From NCBI GenBank assembly GCA_964057225.1, contig OZ059899.1, positions 6,882,001 through 6,946,000 of the forward strand: DNA of 64,000 nucleotides, written 5' to 3'. How positions within the stretch are numbered: position 1 is the first letter of the stretch; each line of letters starts with the position of its first letter. Positions 25,810 to 40,252 of this stretch are shown one piece after another. The DNA comes from Auanema rhodensis (lineage: Eukaryota; Animalia; Nematoda). Below the pieces are notes generated by a model. The model was not told the DNA's origin, ran no database searches, and was given only the letters and a program-made list of their open reading frames with translations. The translations under genes were made by a program, and so were the position numbers.

Positions 25810-27449
25810 TCAATGAGATCCGGCATGAATTGATGACAGGGCAGGGAAGGGATCCTTTTTACTTATGACTAATTTCTGGTGCTGATGAGAAAGATATCCT
25901 TTGATTTTCTTCTGAAATTAGAGATTTGTATCTTCATCAACAATTCAAAAAAATTATGCCAACCTCAGCTATCAAATTAGCAACTATACATTCAAGTTCT
26001 AATTCGTCAACATCTTTAACACCTAAGTATTTTAAGATACATAAAAACGCACTTAACGGAATCTGATTGACATTTAGAAGGGTTGATCTGTAAATATATA
26101 TTTACAGAAGAGCAAAAAAAGAGAAACTTACATTTTCTTGAAAAGTGTTCGGAATGTTATACCGCGTAATTTTTCTAACATCAAGAATATTCCACATTGA
26201 ATGAAAAAATCTTCGTGATCAGCCAGAGCCTTGTCAAGTTTGGCAAGATTTCCAGCTTTTACAGCTTCCACTACCTAAATCGTTCCGTGATACTTTTACG
26301 AAACCCTCGCTTACATCATGAAAATCGTCAAGCTGATATTTGTGCAAGAGCTGTGGTGTGGGCATATGCCCCAGGAACATCTTTACAGGAATTAAATAAA
26401 TAAGGATTAATCGTTTGTTAACCATGGATTCTGAAGGGCAATTGCGAAAGGCATAAGAAAGCGATTTTTCAGCTAAACACTCATTTATAATAGAATAGAA
26501 GTCAAAAATTATTTTACCGAGTGGCAAATCTGAATCAAACATAGCCTTTCGTCCAAGAAAATATTTATATGTCACCTAAAAATGAAGATATGTCTTTAAT
26601 AGTTTGAATAGTGAATACCTTATCAGCCATTGAAAATTCATTGTATAAAGCTCCAGAATTATCAACAGCTCTAATTAATGGTTTGAGCAGATTGAGTTTG
26701 TCTATCTGAAAGAAAAATAATAAAAAATTGTTGAAGATAAAACTGACTTTAAAGTATATGCGAAATAATTGATTTGTCATGTTAAGCATGGCTATTTTTT
26801 TAGTAGTTGTGGCATCAGCTCGTCTAAATTATCCAGTTCATACATATTTGAAATCTATTTCTTACACATCTGATACACATGTACGGTATGATTCCATTAT
26901 ATATGAAGCACAACTTTCATAGAATGAAGGTGTATTCTCCATTTCATCATCTTTCTCTACAAATTCATCAGCCAAACTAGCGACTTTCCTTAAATCCGAA
27001 CATATCTGATAGAAAATAGGCATAAACCAATTTTCTTCTTTTTTCTTTTGGAGAATTTCTTTGTTGAACACTTGCATTATCTGTAATCAATAGCCAAAAA
27101 TAAGTACAAAATAAAAAAGGTTCACCGAAGTATGAGCTGAGCAAGCATTCTCATAGTTGCGAGATACATGTAAGTTATACAGGACTTGCAAATGTAAACA
27201 GGCGATTTTGTCAAAGGCATCGTCATCTAAGCCCCTACCTCTACGCGAAACATATTCATCAATCTATTTTGGAATGGATGGTCTCAATATTCAATTATAA
27301 ACAATTACATGAAGAAATGAATATGAGGCATGTTCATCTGTCAGTGAGAGTAAATGTGCTGCAGATTCTGCGGAACTCCAGTCCGAATAGCCAATTAACT
27401 CGTTCAGTGTTCTAAAGTAATCAGACACATCACGAATTTTCGTAGTCAT
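25810..27449 (-). CDS. PCID2: PCI domain-containing protein 2 (PCID2/Thp1, TREX-2 subunit)
   Basis: [68 protein letters not shown] and [35 protein letters not shown]. Confidence 0.94.
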
Positions 27450-27745
27450 AACCTGAATAAATTAATATAAATATTTAAGTTTCATTTCCATTTTAATAAT
27501 CAAATGTAATTATTAAAAGAAATTAAACCATTGAAAATATTTTTCAAATAAATACGTAAACTTTCGTCAAATTTATATTTCGTAGCTCTACGGAATGATT
27601 TTATTCATGACATGATCCGGTAATTTAAACTTTAATATAAGATTTTCTGTGTGATATTAATTGTACACGTTTTCCCTTGAAACTTCGATTAGACTAGTTT
27701 ATCTATATAACCATGAACTTCAGTTAGATCCCATATAAACCATAC

Positions 27746-30700
27746 ATGCCTGAATCAGAAACTGACAAAGTCCACAGTAAAGTTGAAGATATTCAAGACG
27801 AAGTTTCTTCTTCTACATTACCTGGACCTTCTTCTGGTTCTAAAAAGAAGCTAATAATTCGTCCTGGCCCTAACAAGAGGTCCTTGGTGAGAGAATCTCC
27901 TCAAGAGGTAGAAGCACATTAAAAACTTGTGAGTTTTTTTGTGTATTTTAGCCTGAAATAAAAAGAGCTCCGCCGGTCATGGATGAGGAAATGCAAGATA
28001 ATGATGACATGGATTACTTAGAGCTTGGATGTCTTGATGCGGATGCTACAAGTCGCGTTGTGAGCAATTTTTCTAGTCCTGTGGTTAGGAAACGTTGTTT
28101 TCATTGATCTAAAGATGAATTTATAGAGTGCACCATATCGAATTCATAGTGGTGCTCAACAATCAAAGAAGCTAGTTATCAAAAATTTTAAAAGTTTGTA
28201 CACACAATGTTCTAGCCCATATGTTTTTGTTCAGAAAAAGATTCTTCTAATTCTTTCGCTGAGTCATGGTCTCGATTAGAAGAAAGTGTTTTAGCCATAC
28301 ATAATAAAAAAAAGGTTTCTGCTACGTTAGAAAAGTTATTTAAGGTGTGTCATCCATTATCCAAAACTGGCTTTAATTTTAAAATTAAGATGGTTGCTGG
28401 TCTTTGTGATAACAAAAAGAGTAGTGAAATTTATGATAAGCTTCAAGCTCTGATTCGAAATCAAGTGCACAAATCAAGGTATAATTTACGCAATCATGAT
28501 TATTATAAGTTGAAAGAATTTAGAGAACTTCTTTTTGAAAAAATGAATGAAAACGCAGCTCAATTTCTATCTAATGTCGCATCTGTATGGTCTGACTTTT
28601 GTGAACAAACGGTTTTATCTGTTTTTATTATGAGCTTGACCGTGATATTTTAGACGATGATTCGAAGTATTTTCTTGTTTTTAGATAGAACTTTTATTTT
28701 ACAGAATTCCTCTGTTTTATCTATCTGGTTTGTTTACATTGGTTTTATTTTAAATATCTGATTTTAGGGAACTTTCACTATCTGTTTTTCGTGCTGAAAT
28801 CATGGATTGCCCTTCTATTAGACAAAGATTAATTTCAGAAATTCTGAAGCTTATTACAGAAGAAAGACAAGGAAATCAGGTAATTATTTTTGTTGAAATT
28901 GTAACCTATCTCCTTTATAGGTTAATCGATATTTGATCAAATCTTTGTTAAGAATGTTATCGAGTTTGCAAATTTATAGCCAGGTTTCAAATTCATATAG
29001 TTTTAATTTCGATTGTTGATTTTTTCAGGTATTTGAAACAGCTTTCTTCAATACTACTCAAGAACTTTTCACACGTGAAAGTGAGCATAATGCTGCTACA
29101 TTAGATGTAATTTGAAACTGTGGAAAACTATTACAATTCCTCTTTTCAGACAAGTGAATATATTCAATATGTAGAAAAAAGACTTCAAGGTGAATCAGAG
29201 CGTGTTGACTTCTATCTGGATGAGAGTACACGAAAACAGTTATTCGAAATAACGGAGAGATGTCTCATTACTACACATATGCAACATTTCCTTAATAAAG
29301 GTAAAATAGAGAAGTGATAACGATAGTAATTTTGATAATTTAGGTTTGGACAGTCTTCTTGAGAGTAATAATATGCCAGATCTCAAGCTTATTTTTACTC
29401 TTTTATCTCGTGTTAAAGATGGCCAAGTATTACTAAAAGCTGGATTTGTTAATTATATCAAAGTGAATTTTTTCTGTTATTTTTCTGTTATATACTTTGT
29501 TTAGCGCCTTGGTAAAGCAATGGTTTTGAACCCTGAAAGAGATAAAACTATGGTTGAGGATCTCATGTCTTTCAAAACTAAGATGGATACCATAGGCACT
29601 TGTTTCGGGATTTTTTATTGTGAAGTTATTCATATTTTCAGTTCTTGAATGTTTTGGCAATTTGGAGAAATTCTGGCAGGCTGAAAGAGATTCATTCGAT
29701 TATTTCATTAATACTCGGGCGAATAAACCTGCAGAATTAGTAGCCAAGTTTATGGATGCTAAAATGAGAAGTGCTAATAAGGAAGCTAGTGATGAAGAAT
29801 TAGATTTGCTTATGGATAAAGCAATTACTCTATTTAGATTTATACAAGGTAATTTAGTATTATATTCGAAAGAAATCATTTTTCTTCAGGAAAAGATGTG
29901 TTCGAAGCTTTTTATAAAAAGGACTTAGCTAAAAGATTATTGTTAGGTCGCAGTGCTTCTGTTGATGCCGAAAAGTCAATGTTAAGTAAACTTAAACAAG
30001 GTACTCCGGTTTCATTTTCAGTATGATTTGATTTTTTTCAGAATGTGGAGCCGGGTTTACACATAAATTAGAAGGAATGTTCAAAGATATGGAAATATCG
30101 AAGGATTTGGGGGTTTCTTTCAGACAGGTAGAACTTGTCTTATCGATCAAAATTTTACCAGAAGTATAGCATAATGAGCATGAAGCTGGTCTGGGCAAGC
30201 AATTTATTAAGATGGATTTCTATGTCAATGTACTCACTTTAGGACAGTGGCCTGCTTATGATCCCGTAGATGTATACATCTCTTTTATGCTCATTTTATT
30301 CGATATTTTATTCTAGGTCAATCTGCCTTATGGCATGGCTAAATGCCTGAAGATGTATCAAGATTTTTACATTTCCAAGCACAGTGGTCGAAAGCTGCAA
30401 TGGCAACATTCTTTAGGGCAATGCATGCTTAAAGGAATATTCAGACCCGGGGTTTGTAATTTTAATTCATTTTTACCTAGCAAGCTCACAAACTTAATTT
30501 TCAATTAATACTTTATAGTGTTGCAAAGAACTTCAAGTGTCATTATACCAAGCCATAGTTCTGTTACTCTTCAACGATTCTCAGGAATATTCATACCAGG
30601 ATATTGCTAATGCTACAAAAATAGGTTAAATTAAAATTTGCTGTTAATTAATATATAATTAATTGACATATATTATAGAACCCAAAGAACTTAAGCGAAC

Positions 30701-31238
30701 ATTAATTTCTTTGGCTTGTGCAAAAGTACGAGTTCTTCACAAGTCTCCTAAAAGCAAAGAAGTGAATTAACAAGCAATAGATTTTTTATATATTTACTTT
30801 TCGCTTTAAGATCTGCGACGACGACAAGTTCACAGTGAATAACGATCTTCAGGAGCGACTTTACCGCATCAAGATTTGTCAAGTTCAATTGAAAGAAACT
30901 GTAACTTTCATTCAAAAACGTTCTATTCATATAACAATTTTGTAGGAAGAAGAGCACAAACAAACAGAGGAACAAGTCAATTTGGATCGTCAATATCAGA
31001 TTGATGCTGCCGTGGTTAGAATTATGAAAACTCGTAAAGTTCTGGTGCATCACCAGCTTATTAATGAATTATTTGCGCAATTGCGGTAGCTTCAATTATC
31101 TTTTAAAAATAGTATTATTTATTTTTCAGATTTCCTGTAAAATCCGTTGATTTGAAGAAACGTATTGGTTCTTTAATTGAGAGAGAGTATCTTTGTCGTG
31201 ATGCAGAAGATAGTAATTTATATAAGTATGTATCGTAA
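27746..31238 (+). CDS. cul-4: Cullin-4
   Basis: [90 protein letters not shown] and the neddylation region [18 protein letters not shown]. Confidence 0.96.
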
Positions 31239-32311
31239 CCATAGTTTTGTACTTTTGTGAACTTGTGTGCTACACTGATGCTTCTCACGTGGTCTCTTTT
31301 TGTTTCCATTTTTCGTCAATAGTTTGTATATATATATATTACATCGTGATTTCCTCCGGTTATTTTAAATTATCTGTTAATAAACTATGACATAATATTT
31401 TTATGATTCTACACTTAGTTGGATAATTGAAAACGTAATCAGCTACATACATAAATGTTGATTTGGTTGTTTCATCCGTATTACTTACATGGAAGCTATT
31501 TAGTTTCTAGTATAATACTCATTTCGGTTATTGTTATTAAATTTTAACAACGTACAATGTACAATCCAAAAACAATTAAGCAATAAACTATAATAAGTGT
31601 AAGTTTGATAAAAGAATATTCAAATAATTTTCTCGCTAGGACCAATATTATCAGCAACGGCTGAAATTGCTCCGCCCCAATTCTTATTTACTCCCATGGT
31701 AGAGGATGGTTGGCCACATACTTTTATTTTCTCTTCAAAGTTCTGAGGTTTTTGTCAATATTTTACTATCTCAGATCTGAAATCGGCTTTTTAAATTGTG
31801 TTGTTGCCCCTAACGAGTGATATCGACTAGGTAAACAGTTCGGTCCTCTGCAGCAGTGAATGCTGTCTGCTCACTAGCACTAACATTTTGAGTTTTAATA
31901 GTCATGTGCTACATATTTGCTAATCAAGACGAGGTTTTCATTCTGATATAGATGATATGTTATCATTTTTTTATCCAATTTCTGTTTTGATATCTTTCTT
32001 TGTTCAAACTAATTTTTTTCTCAAAATAATTGTTAATTGGTTGCAACATGAAAGGTTGTTCTCGAAATTTTTTTTAGTATCAAACAGCTTTAGATTTATC
32101 GGTGGTTTCTTATCATTACTATTCCGATAAAGGTTCTTATGCAAGGAGTTTTGCTACTTTATACATCGATTGATATATTTTCGACTGAGCGTTTTTCATC
32201 TTTTTATGCTATTAAATGATCCTGACTCACCAATCGGGTGTTTATCTCTTTTTTTTTTCATAATATGATGTTCCGGAATATCTCATGTGTTACATTTTTC
32301 AGAATTTCAAA

Positions 32312-33287
32312 ATGCAGAAATTAATGCTTGTGTTTGTTGGTAAGTTCTTATTATTTTAGTCACCGTTAAAGTATAAATATTCTAGCGCTTGTGGGATTAG
32401 CCGCAGCGGCTGTCCCATGGGGAGTTAAAGATTCGGATGGCAAATATTGTATTGTCCTTGAGGCTGATACAGTTTTAAACCTTGTTTATCCAAATGTAAT
32501 TTAATATATCATATCAAACTTTGTTTACTTTTTGTTTAAGGGAAATGAAACTTCTACTTGTAAAGTAAATGTCGTTGATTTTGAAGCGAGAGGTAACTGC
32601 AGTGCTATCCGTAATGGTAAACCAGCCCAAACAATGAGTGTATGTGTGAGCACCCCTATAACTGTAGTACATCTTAATCGTTATAGGTTTCCTTTTCACC
32701 TGGAGAAAATATGACTCAGTTGTGGTTCATTGACTTAGTTTACACTAAGACTGAGACTGGATACGAGCTTAGTGAGTACTTTGTTCTTACTTCTGAGACC
32801 CCAATTTGCCCTAAAGCCAGAAGTGGTACGTTTTCTATTTGAGTAATCATAATAATAGTTCTGTTTCTTAGGTAAATTTGAGATGAAGAAGAATGCTTCT
32901 TCTGAAGTTGTTTCTAATGGATCCAATGGATACAAGGTATTTAGAACATCTAACGTTGCGCAATTTGTTTCTATATATTTTTTAAGTGTTCTTCCACTGC
33001 TTTGCCTCTCGTTAACGGTTCTTCAATTGACTTTAAAAATATTCGCTCTGTTGCTTTCGCAAGCTTGAATAGCACAGAACTTCCAGTTACTCAAGGTATT
33101 TGTGGTATAGCAAGATAAAAATTTCTATTCTATTTCAGTCTACGATGTTTGCTTCCTGGATTCGCGCACTTCAGACATTGTACCTATTATCGTTGGAGCT
33201 TGTTTGGCTGGTCTTGTAATCGTTGTCCTAGTTGCCTACCTTATTGGACGTGCTCGCGCTAAGCGCCAAGGCTATGCCAGTGTCTAA
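32312..33287 (+). CDS. lmp-1: Lysosome-associated membrane protein LMP-1 (LAMP)
   Basis: Signal peptide, LAMP-domain cysteines, TM segment [24 protein letters not shown] and tail [12 protein letters not shown] carrying the GYXXphi lysosomal signal. A TTTTCAG acceptor lies 9 nt upstream of the ATG. Confidence 0.95.
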
Positions 33288-33767
33288 ACCCCGGTTTACT
33301 AGAATATTCAAATAATTAAAGTTAATTCTCTCTTAACTGATTTACTAACCTTCATCTCAATATCATGTTGATGTATAGCCTTACTTGTGTGGTATATACG
33401 GTCCGAAAACGTGTGTAACTTTCACTGTTTACTTTTCATTTACCTCTCAAGCAAATATTTCTGTAGAATACTCACAGGATGTTAGCGTTTTCATTCTGTT
33501 CATTTATCACCTTTCATATTGTAGACATTTTAATATTTGCGAAATAAAATATTTAAGTTCATTTGACACTATCCTCAATTTGGTTGTCCTCCGAACCTTA
33601 CCACAGTTAGTTCTTAATATGGCTGAGGACCGTGTGTGCGTTTTAGATAATATCAAATGTACATCTTATAGAAGTTTTCAAGTTTTTTTGTTATAATATG
33701 AAGGTCAGTCAATTCTTGTAAACTAATACATCGAATCGTTTTCAGCTTGACTAAAAACAATTAAAAT

Positions 33768-36700
33768 ATGAAGGGAATTCAATGTATCAATTTGCTTAAT
33801 AAAAGACGGTACACACAAACATCAACTGAGAATAAGATTGTTAATATGTATATATATTGATTTAGTGCTAAGTTTCGATTAGTTCATGCTATTCGAACGG
33901 CTCATTCGGCATCTGTTCAATTTGGGAATAATGAGCCATTCGAACTGAAAACTGGTTAGTTTACTGTGATAAACTATATCTCAATTTGAAAGATTAATAT
34001 GGTTTATAGCGACATATGGATGTTGGTCGATCTAATGTTATTCTTATAGGCCATATTGCTAGATTCGCTGCTGGTGCTGTAGTAGCATCGCAGGGTGATA
34101 ATGCTGTGAGTTTATAAATTATATATCGATACCATATAGTTTATTTGTAGGTTTTATCGACATGTGTCCATGGTCAGCCAAAACCTGGACCGAATCAAGG
34201 GTCTGATATAGATTTCTTCTTAGTTATATTAATATAAAGTCCTTTTCAGAACTCCACTTACAGTGGATTATAGACAAAGTGCTGCTGCAGTCGGTAAAAT
34301 TCCTACAAATTATCTTCGTCGAGAGTTAGCTCAATCTGATGAAGAAATTATAACGTCGAGAATAATCGATCGGTCCCTTCGTCCTCTGTTTCCGAAAAAT
34401 TGGAACTGTGATACACAGGTTTTCAATATCCGAACTGCTCATATAACTATTTAGTTCTTAGGTGGTTGTAAAACCCTTAGCTCTTGATGATAAAGGCGAT
34501 GGCGTAATATTAGGATTAAATAGCGCTGCTGCAGCTCTTATGCTTTCTCCTATACCATTTGACGGTCCAGTAGGAGCAGTACGTTTAGTATATGTAGATG
34601 GAAAAGTTGGCATAAAAATGTATTTTTTAATTTAACTCGTTATTTTTAGATCCTGGTAAATCCTTGCGGTGCGGCTCGCAGAGAATCAGCATTAAACATG
34701 GTTTTGGCCGGCTGTTCTGAAAATCGAACGGTTATGATCGAAATGGATGGAAAAGTTTGTGGTTGACTTGTTTTTAATCTTATTTGATTGAATTGGATTA
34801 CAGGAAGTTTCACTTGAAAGGTTGGAAGAAGTTTTAGACACAGGCTTACAAGCTGTGCAAAAACTTTTAGATGCTATGACAGATTTACGAAATAAGTGTG
34901 GCCAACCCAAGATTCAGGTTTTGTAGCAAATTATGAAGTTTATGTGTAACCATGGGTTATTGATATTTAGGATTCTGAAACATTCGATATCCTATTGTCA
35001 AAAAGAATTGAGGAAGAAGTTGATGAAAGGCTGTATTATATACTTACAGATTATACTCATGATAAGATTTCTCGAGATAAAGCTATTCAGGTATGAATAA
35101 CCTTTTCCGACTGGCTATTTCTCTATTGAAGATATCCGTTTATACCTTGAATGCCATTTTTTTCTTCTAGGAGCTCGGTTACGATTTAGCTTCTTCTTTC
35201 CCAGAACACAATCGTGCGGATGTAATGGCTTTATTTTCTGATATTACTAAGAAGAAACTGAGAAGTCTTATTTTGGAAAGTGAAGTGAGATGCGATGGAA
35301 GGAAATTAAAAGAATTTCGTCCAATAACCATTCAAGTAGATGTTTATAAAAAGCTTCATGGATCGTCTTTGTTTCAACGAGGTCAAACTCAAGTATGGTT
35401 TTTTCAATTTTATATTTTACTGAATAACTGTAGGTTTTTTCTACTGTCACATTTGATAGTCCTAGTGCCGCGTTTCATCCTGATTCCATATCACAAATGC
35501 TAGGAGCTCAACGAAAAAAAATGTTTATGCTACATTACGAATTTCCAGCTTTTGCCGTTAACTCAATTGCAGTAAGTGCTATTTAATAAGCTTCCATTTG
35601 AATTTTATTGTAGACAACCCGAGGAGTCAATAGAAGAGAAATTGGACATGGTGCACTGGCTGAAAAAGGCTTAAAGCATCTTATTCCTACCCAATTTCCG
35701 TATAGTATCCGTTTAGCTACTCAGGTATGCCTTTTAAAAGGATATGTTTCAATAGTATTTCTGTTCAGGTTCTTGAATCAAACGGTTCTTCATCTATGGC
35801 TACAGTCTGCTCTGGTAGTTTAGCTATGTATGATGCAGGTGTTCCTCTTATTTCACCCGCTGCTGGAGTAGCTATTGGTCTTGTTACAGGGGAAGAGTTA
35901 GTTTTTTAACTCCTCCATTATGCTTATTGTCATTCTTTAGTCGAGCAAATGATTATAAAATTCTTACGGATCTTCTAGGAATTGAAGATTATGCTGGAGA
36001 TATGGATTTCAAAATTGCAGGTAGAACTACATAAATATATATACTGGGAGATAAGTACACTTTAGGAACCAAAAATGGTTACACTGCTTTACAATTGGAT
36101 GTTAAAATTCCTGGTTTAACGAGACAACAGTTAACAGAGTCTTTAATTCGTGGTCAAGATGGAATTAATCATGTTCTGGAAAAAATGGCGATTATGAGAG
36201 ATCGGCCGAGGTTTCGTTGAAATGAATTTTATTGTATTTGACGTTAATTTTTCAGAACCGAGTTTAAATCAACTGTTCCTGTGATTGAAACTATGCCTAT
36301 TGAAATTTACAAACGCCACACTTTATTCAAATCAGGAGCAATGAATATCAAGATGATTGAAGCTGAAACAGGAACTAAGGTCTAATTTTTTAAAGAAATA
36401 TAAACATATTCTATTTCAGATCACTATGGAGGATGATTCTCATATAAGTTTATTCGCACCGAACAAGGAAATGTTAAATGAAGCAAAGACAATAATAAAA
36501 AAGTAATAGTTATATTATTTTCTGATTATTCTTTGTTACTAGAATTTTCACCGATAGCGAAGAAGTTCATTACAACTTTGGACAACTCATTGAAGTTGAA
36601 GTGTGTGAGATGGTTGAGAAGGGTGTTTATGTCAATCTAAGAGTAAGAATCAACTTTGCTAGCTTTTATTACTTTTTTATCCAGGGAGTTGGGCAGCCAG

Positions 36701-36928
36701 TATTTGTTCCGAATGGGCAGCTTCATCCAACCCCCATTTCCCATTCCAGCGTTACGGGGTTGAAGGTATTTATAAAACTATGATGATTATACAAATATGA
36801 AAACAATATCTTAGGTTGGACAAAAATTAACATTACAATGGTTGAATCGAGATCCAACAACAGGAAAGATTCGATTATCTAGAAGAATGCTTACTTCTCC
36901 TACTCTTCCAAAAGCTCTGAAGAAATAG
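33768..36928 (+). CDS. pnpt-1: Mitochondrial polyribonucleotide nucleotidyltransferase (PNPase)
   Basis: [81 protein letters not shown] and [17 protein letters not shown], followed by KH/S1-like C-terminal regions. Confidence 0.96.
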
Positions 36929-37285
36929 TCATATTTGCATAAGTTGTTGTTAAATGTTGAAAACATATATCGTTTAGTTGTTGTCGTTTGGAATATAAAT
37001 ATATTCATTATTCTAGATGCAAGCAGCAGGTAAAACAATTGAAAACTCTGACGATATAAATATCAAAAATAAATTGCTAGAATCTAGGCAACCAATTAGA
37101 AAGCAAGATTATTATGGGCATTATGGCTACAAGAACGGAATGCGAAAATAGGATGGCAAGCATAATACAGACACTCCATCGGTAGAAATGAAAACCCGTG
37201 AATTGTCATCTAAAAATAGTGAAAATTTGACAAACAACTAAATCAACAGATTGAAAAGTTTAGGGTGAAGAATAATAATCTTCAC

Positions 37286-38573
37286 TTAGTCTTTTTTCTT
37301 ATTATCATTTTCCTCCAAATCGCTCTCCTCTTCTCTGACATCATCAACACCATCTCCACGAACGGTACGATATACAACCTTCAATAATTAAATAAGATCA
37401 CTAGTAAAAATACAATATTACTTGAAGAATCAAATATGTCCAATAGATGTGAAGAACAAACAATGTTGACAACATAATCATCAGTAAGCGAGGCACAATA
37501 GGGCTTTGCAATATATTATACCACTGGTAATCATGCTGAAAATGTTATTTGTTCTAAGAAAATCATTTAAACGTTTTAACCTGAATAAGTGAAGGGGCAT
37601 CAAACCAAACAGACATTAAAACCCAAGCAGGATAATAGACAAGTCTCGTACTTATCCAAACAATCAAAAAGATAACAAAAGAGCAATTTACGGCGGTCTT
37701 CCAACCGGCATATCTGATAACTTTAGTTCCTTCACTTAAAGAATGTACTTATCAAATATAATATAAAAAACACTGTACATGAAAATATCAGCTGCATCAT
37801 GACTAAAAAGAATTAGTGTACCAACTCTAATCATATTCATTGACCAACTAATGTAGAGTAAAAGAATAGTTACCCCATGATGAAGCATCATCTGATAGAA
37901 ATCTCCACGACGAACATCAAAGAAAAGAGTTCTGAAATGCTCTTATCAATTCCCGAACAATATAAAACAAATAAACCCGAAAAACAGTGACCAGTAAAAA
38001 GAAGCTTCAATTATGTAATACCACCAGATTTCATTTGAAACATGGTGATAAGGCCAATTCCTCCAACATTCAGTAACATCATATAGCTGAGCAGTGTTAC
38101 TCATTGTATAAATACTAAAACATAAAGTATGCTAAGAAATATAGAGAAAAGCGTACCCTAATACAAAAGCAAATACATAAAAACAAAGACGCCATCCACA
38201 TTCAGCAACACGCTTGAATTTTGATTTGCCCATGAATCCACCTGAACCACAAAGCATACAATTTTTATAAATTATATCGCATACCAGTTAAATGCTCCAA
38301 TACTCTACTTCCAGGATTAGACATCCATCCTCCTAAACAACCAATAGGTACAAAAATAAATGATTCAACAAGAATTCTAAGAATCTGAATCAGAAAAATA
38401 ATTTTAAATTTCAAACGGTTTCATACCATCAGAAGAGCACCACCATACAATGTGTATTTCAAGTCACTGACTTTTGGGTATGTTATCCTAGAATTACTTT
38501 CCATCTCTTCCCATTTGACTCCGGCAGGTAACCAATTATGGTCATTCCAGAACCATTCACTCAGAGAACCCAT
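37286..38573 (-). CDS. hyl-2: Ceramide synthase (Lag1/TLC domain)
   Basis: WFWNDHNWLPAGVKW, ECWRNWPYH, Lag1 motif RRGDFYQMMLHHGVTILL...RVGTLILFSHDAADIF, VWFDAPSLIQ and DDVREEESD. The C-terminal region resembles HYL-2 by recollection. Confidence 0.9.
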
Positions 38574-40252
38574 CGTTTTCTTAAAACTTAGTGTTAACCA
38601 ACAATGAGCGTAAAATAACATAAAAGGCAATTATTTATTGAATACAGGCTGTTTAAACGATGACATATCATGAATGAGATTTGAAAAAACATCACAAAAT
38701 ATACAGAAATCTGAGAATAATACGGGAAATTGTATTAGCATCAAAACCTCAAGTTCATGAGGGAAAAACCGGATTAATAACAGCATATACTCCCAATGAT
38801 AGAATGAAGGCAATGTATGAAGATGAGTTGTAGTTCTACACTGAACATCAAGTTTCAAAGCCGATTAATTAATAATTTCCTCAATTTTTCCATTCTTGAA
38901 AGCTAAACTTTCTAATGGATTTATAGTTTGTACTAAAGAGGCAACGTCTCTCCGCACGGGACCAATTTTTCCAACTGTTCTTTTAATAGAAGTCTTTCAT
39001 TGGCTCATGCATAAGAAAATGAAAAATTGAACAAAGTAACCGCATGTTTAATAATATAGATTATGAGTTAGCGAAAGCTAGTTTTAAATGACAATGACAT
39101 GGAAAACAGAATAAGTCAATAAATTCAAAACATGAAACAGGAATTCTCGAATATTATTAGTTTGTAAGGCTGTAGGAAGAGTAACAAAAGATAATGATGA
39201 AGTGGCCTTCTTAGATAAAAGGCCTTGGCTGGAATCAGGGCGATCCGGCTAGTATAATCATTAACCATCTAACGTAATCTCAGAAAAAATGAAAGAAAAG
39301 AAAACGCACACGCTGATGTCTGATTCAGCGAACGAGTGTTTTCATTGTCATGCAAATATATGTTATATAATCATGTTTTTTACTCTATGTTGCTGAAATC
39401 TCAAAAAGAACAAAGAGAATCAATACTGATACTGCGGAAGCTGTTTAGATATATTGACAAATGTTTAAAAAAACCAAAGAACTCACATATACAGAGAATA
39501 TATGCTATGTACCGATGTTAGTACAGCCATTAGAAATTTGAAATTTATAGCTGACGCGAACAGATGGTAAGCAGATATAGCTCAATCATTGACAGTTTGA
39601 CCTCACACGGTTGGGAAGAAAAATTTGGAATGGATGAAAAGAGAAAAAATGAGAGAGAGAAAGAGAGAGAAAGAGAATGAGAGAGAAGAAGAGAAAACAA
39701 GAAATCAATAGCTATCCTACATTTGCCAGAACTTTACCATTCCTATCAGCAAAATGAACTTTCAGCTATGACACGATTGACGGAAATTAAATTCTCGAAA
39801 GAAAGTATAAAACATTGAAATGGGATGCTTTGTATTTGATGAAATAACTTTCAAGAAATTCCAATGATATGAAAAAAGGTTAAAATATCAGTTCAATTTG
39901 TTGCTCTTCTCGTTTGTTAATTTAATTAAAAAATAACAGAGAGGACTACAATGATATTTTAAATGGAACTGATTGACATTTCAAAATTTTAGCATTCCTT
40001 ATCAAAAGTTGAAAAAAAAAGATAAAAATAGATGAATCTTCAAAATAACAATGAAAAATCAGCAAAACACAATAATTAAGAATGCATATAAAGCATTAAA
40101 TGAGTTCTAAATATTCACATTATTAAAATTTGATTATTTTAATTTATCTAGTTCAATTTATAGAAAACAAGGGACTTTAATCGAAAAATATTCGATTTTA
40201 TACTATTTTTCGTTTTCTATTTCAATCAGGTCGTCGATGAGACAGTGTAAAA

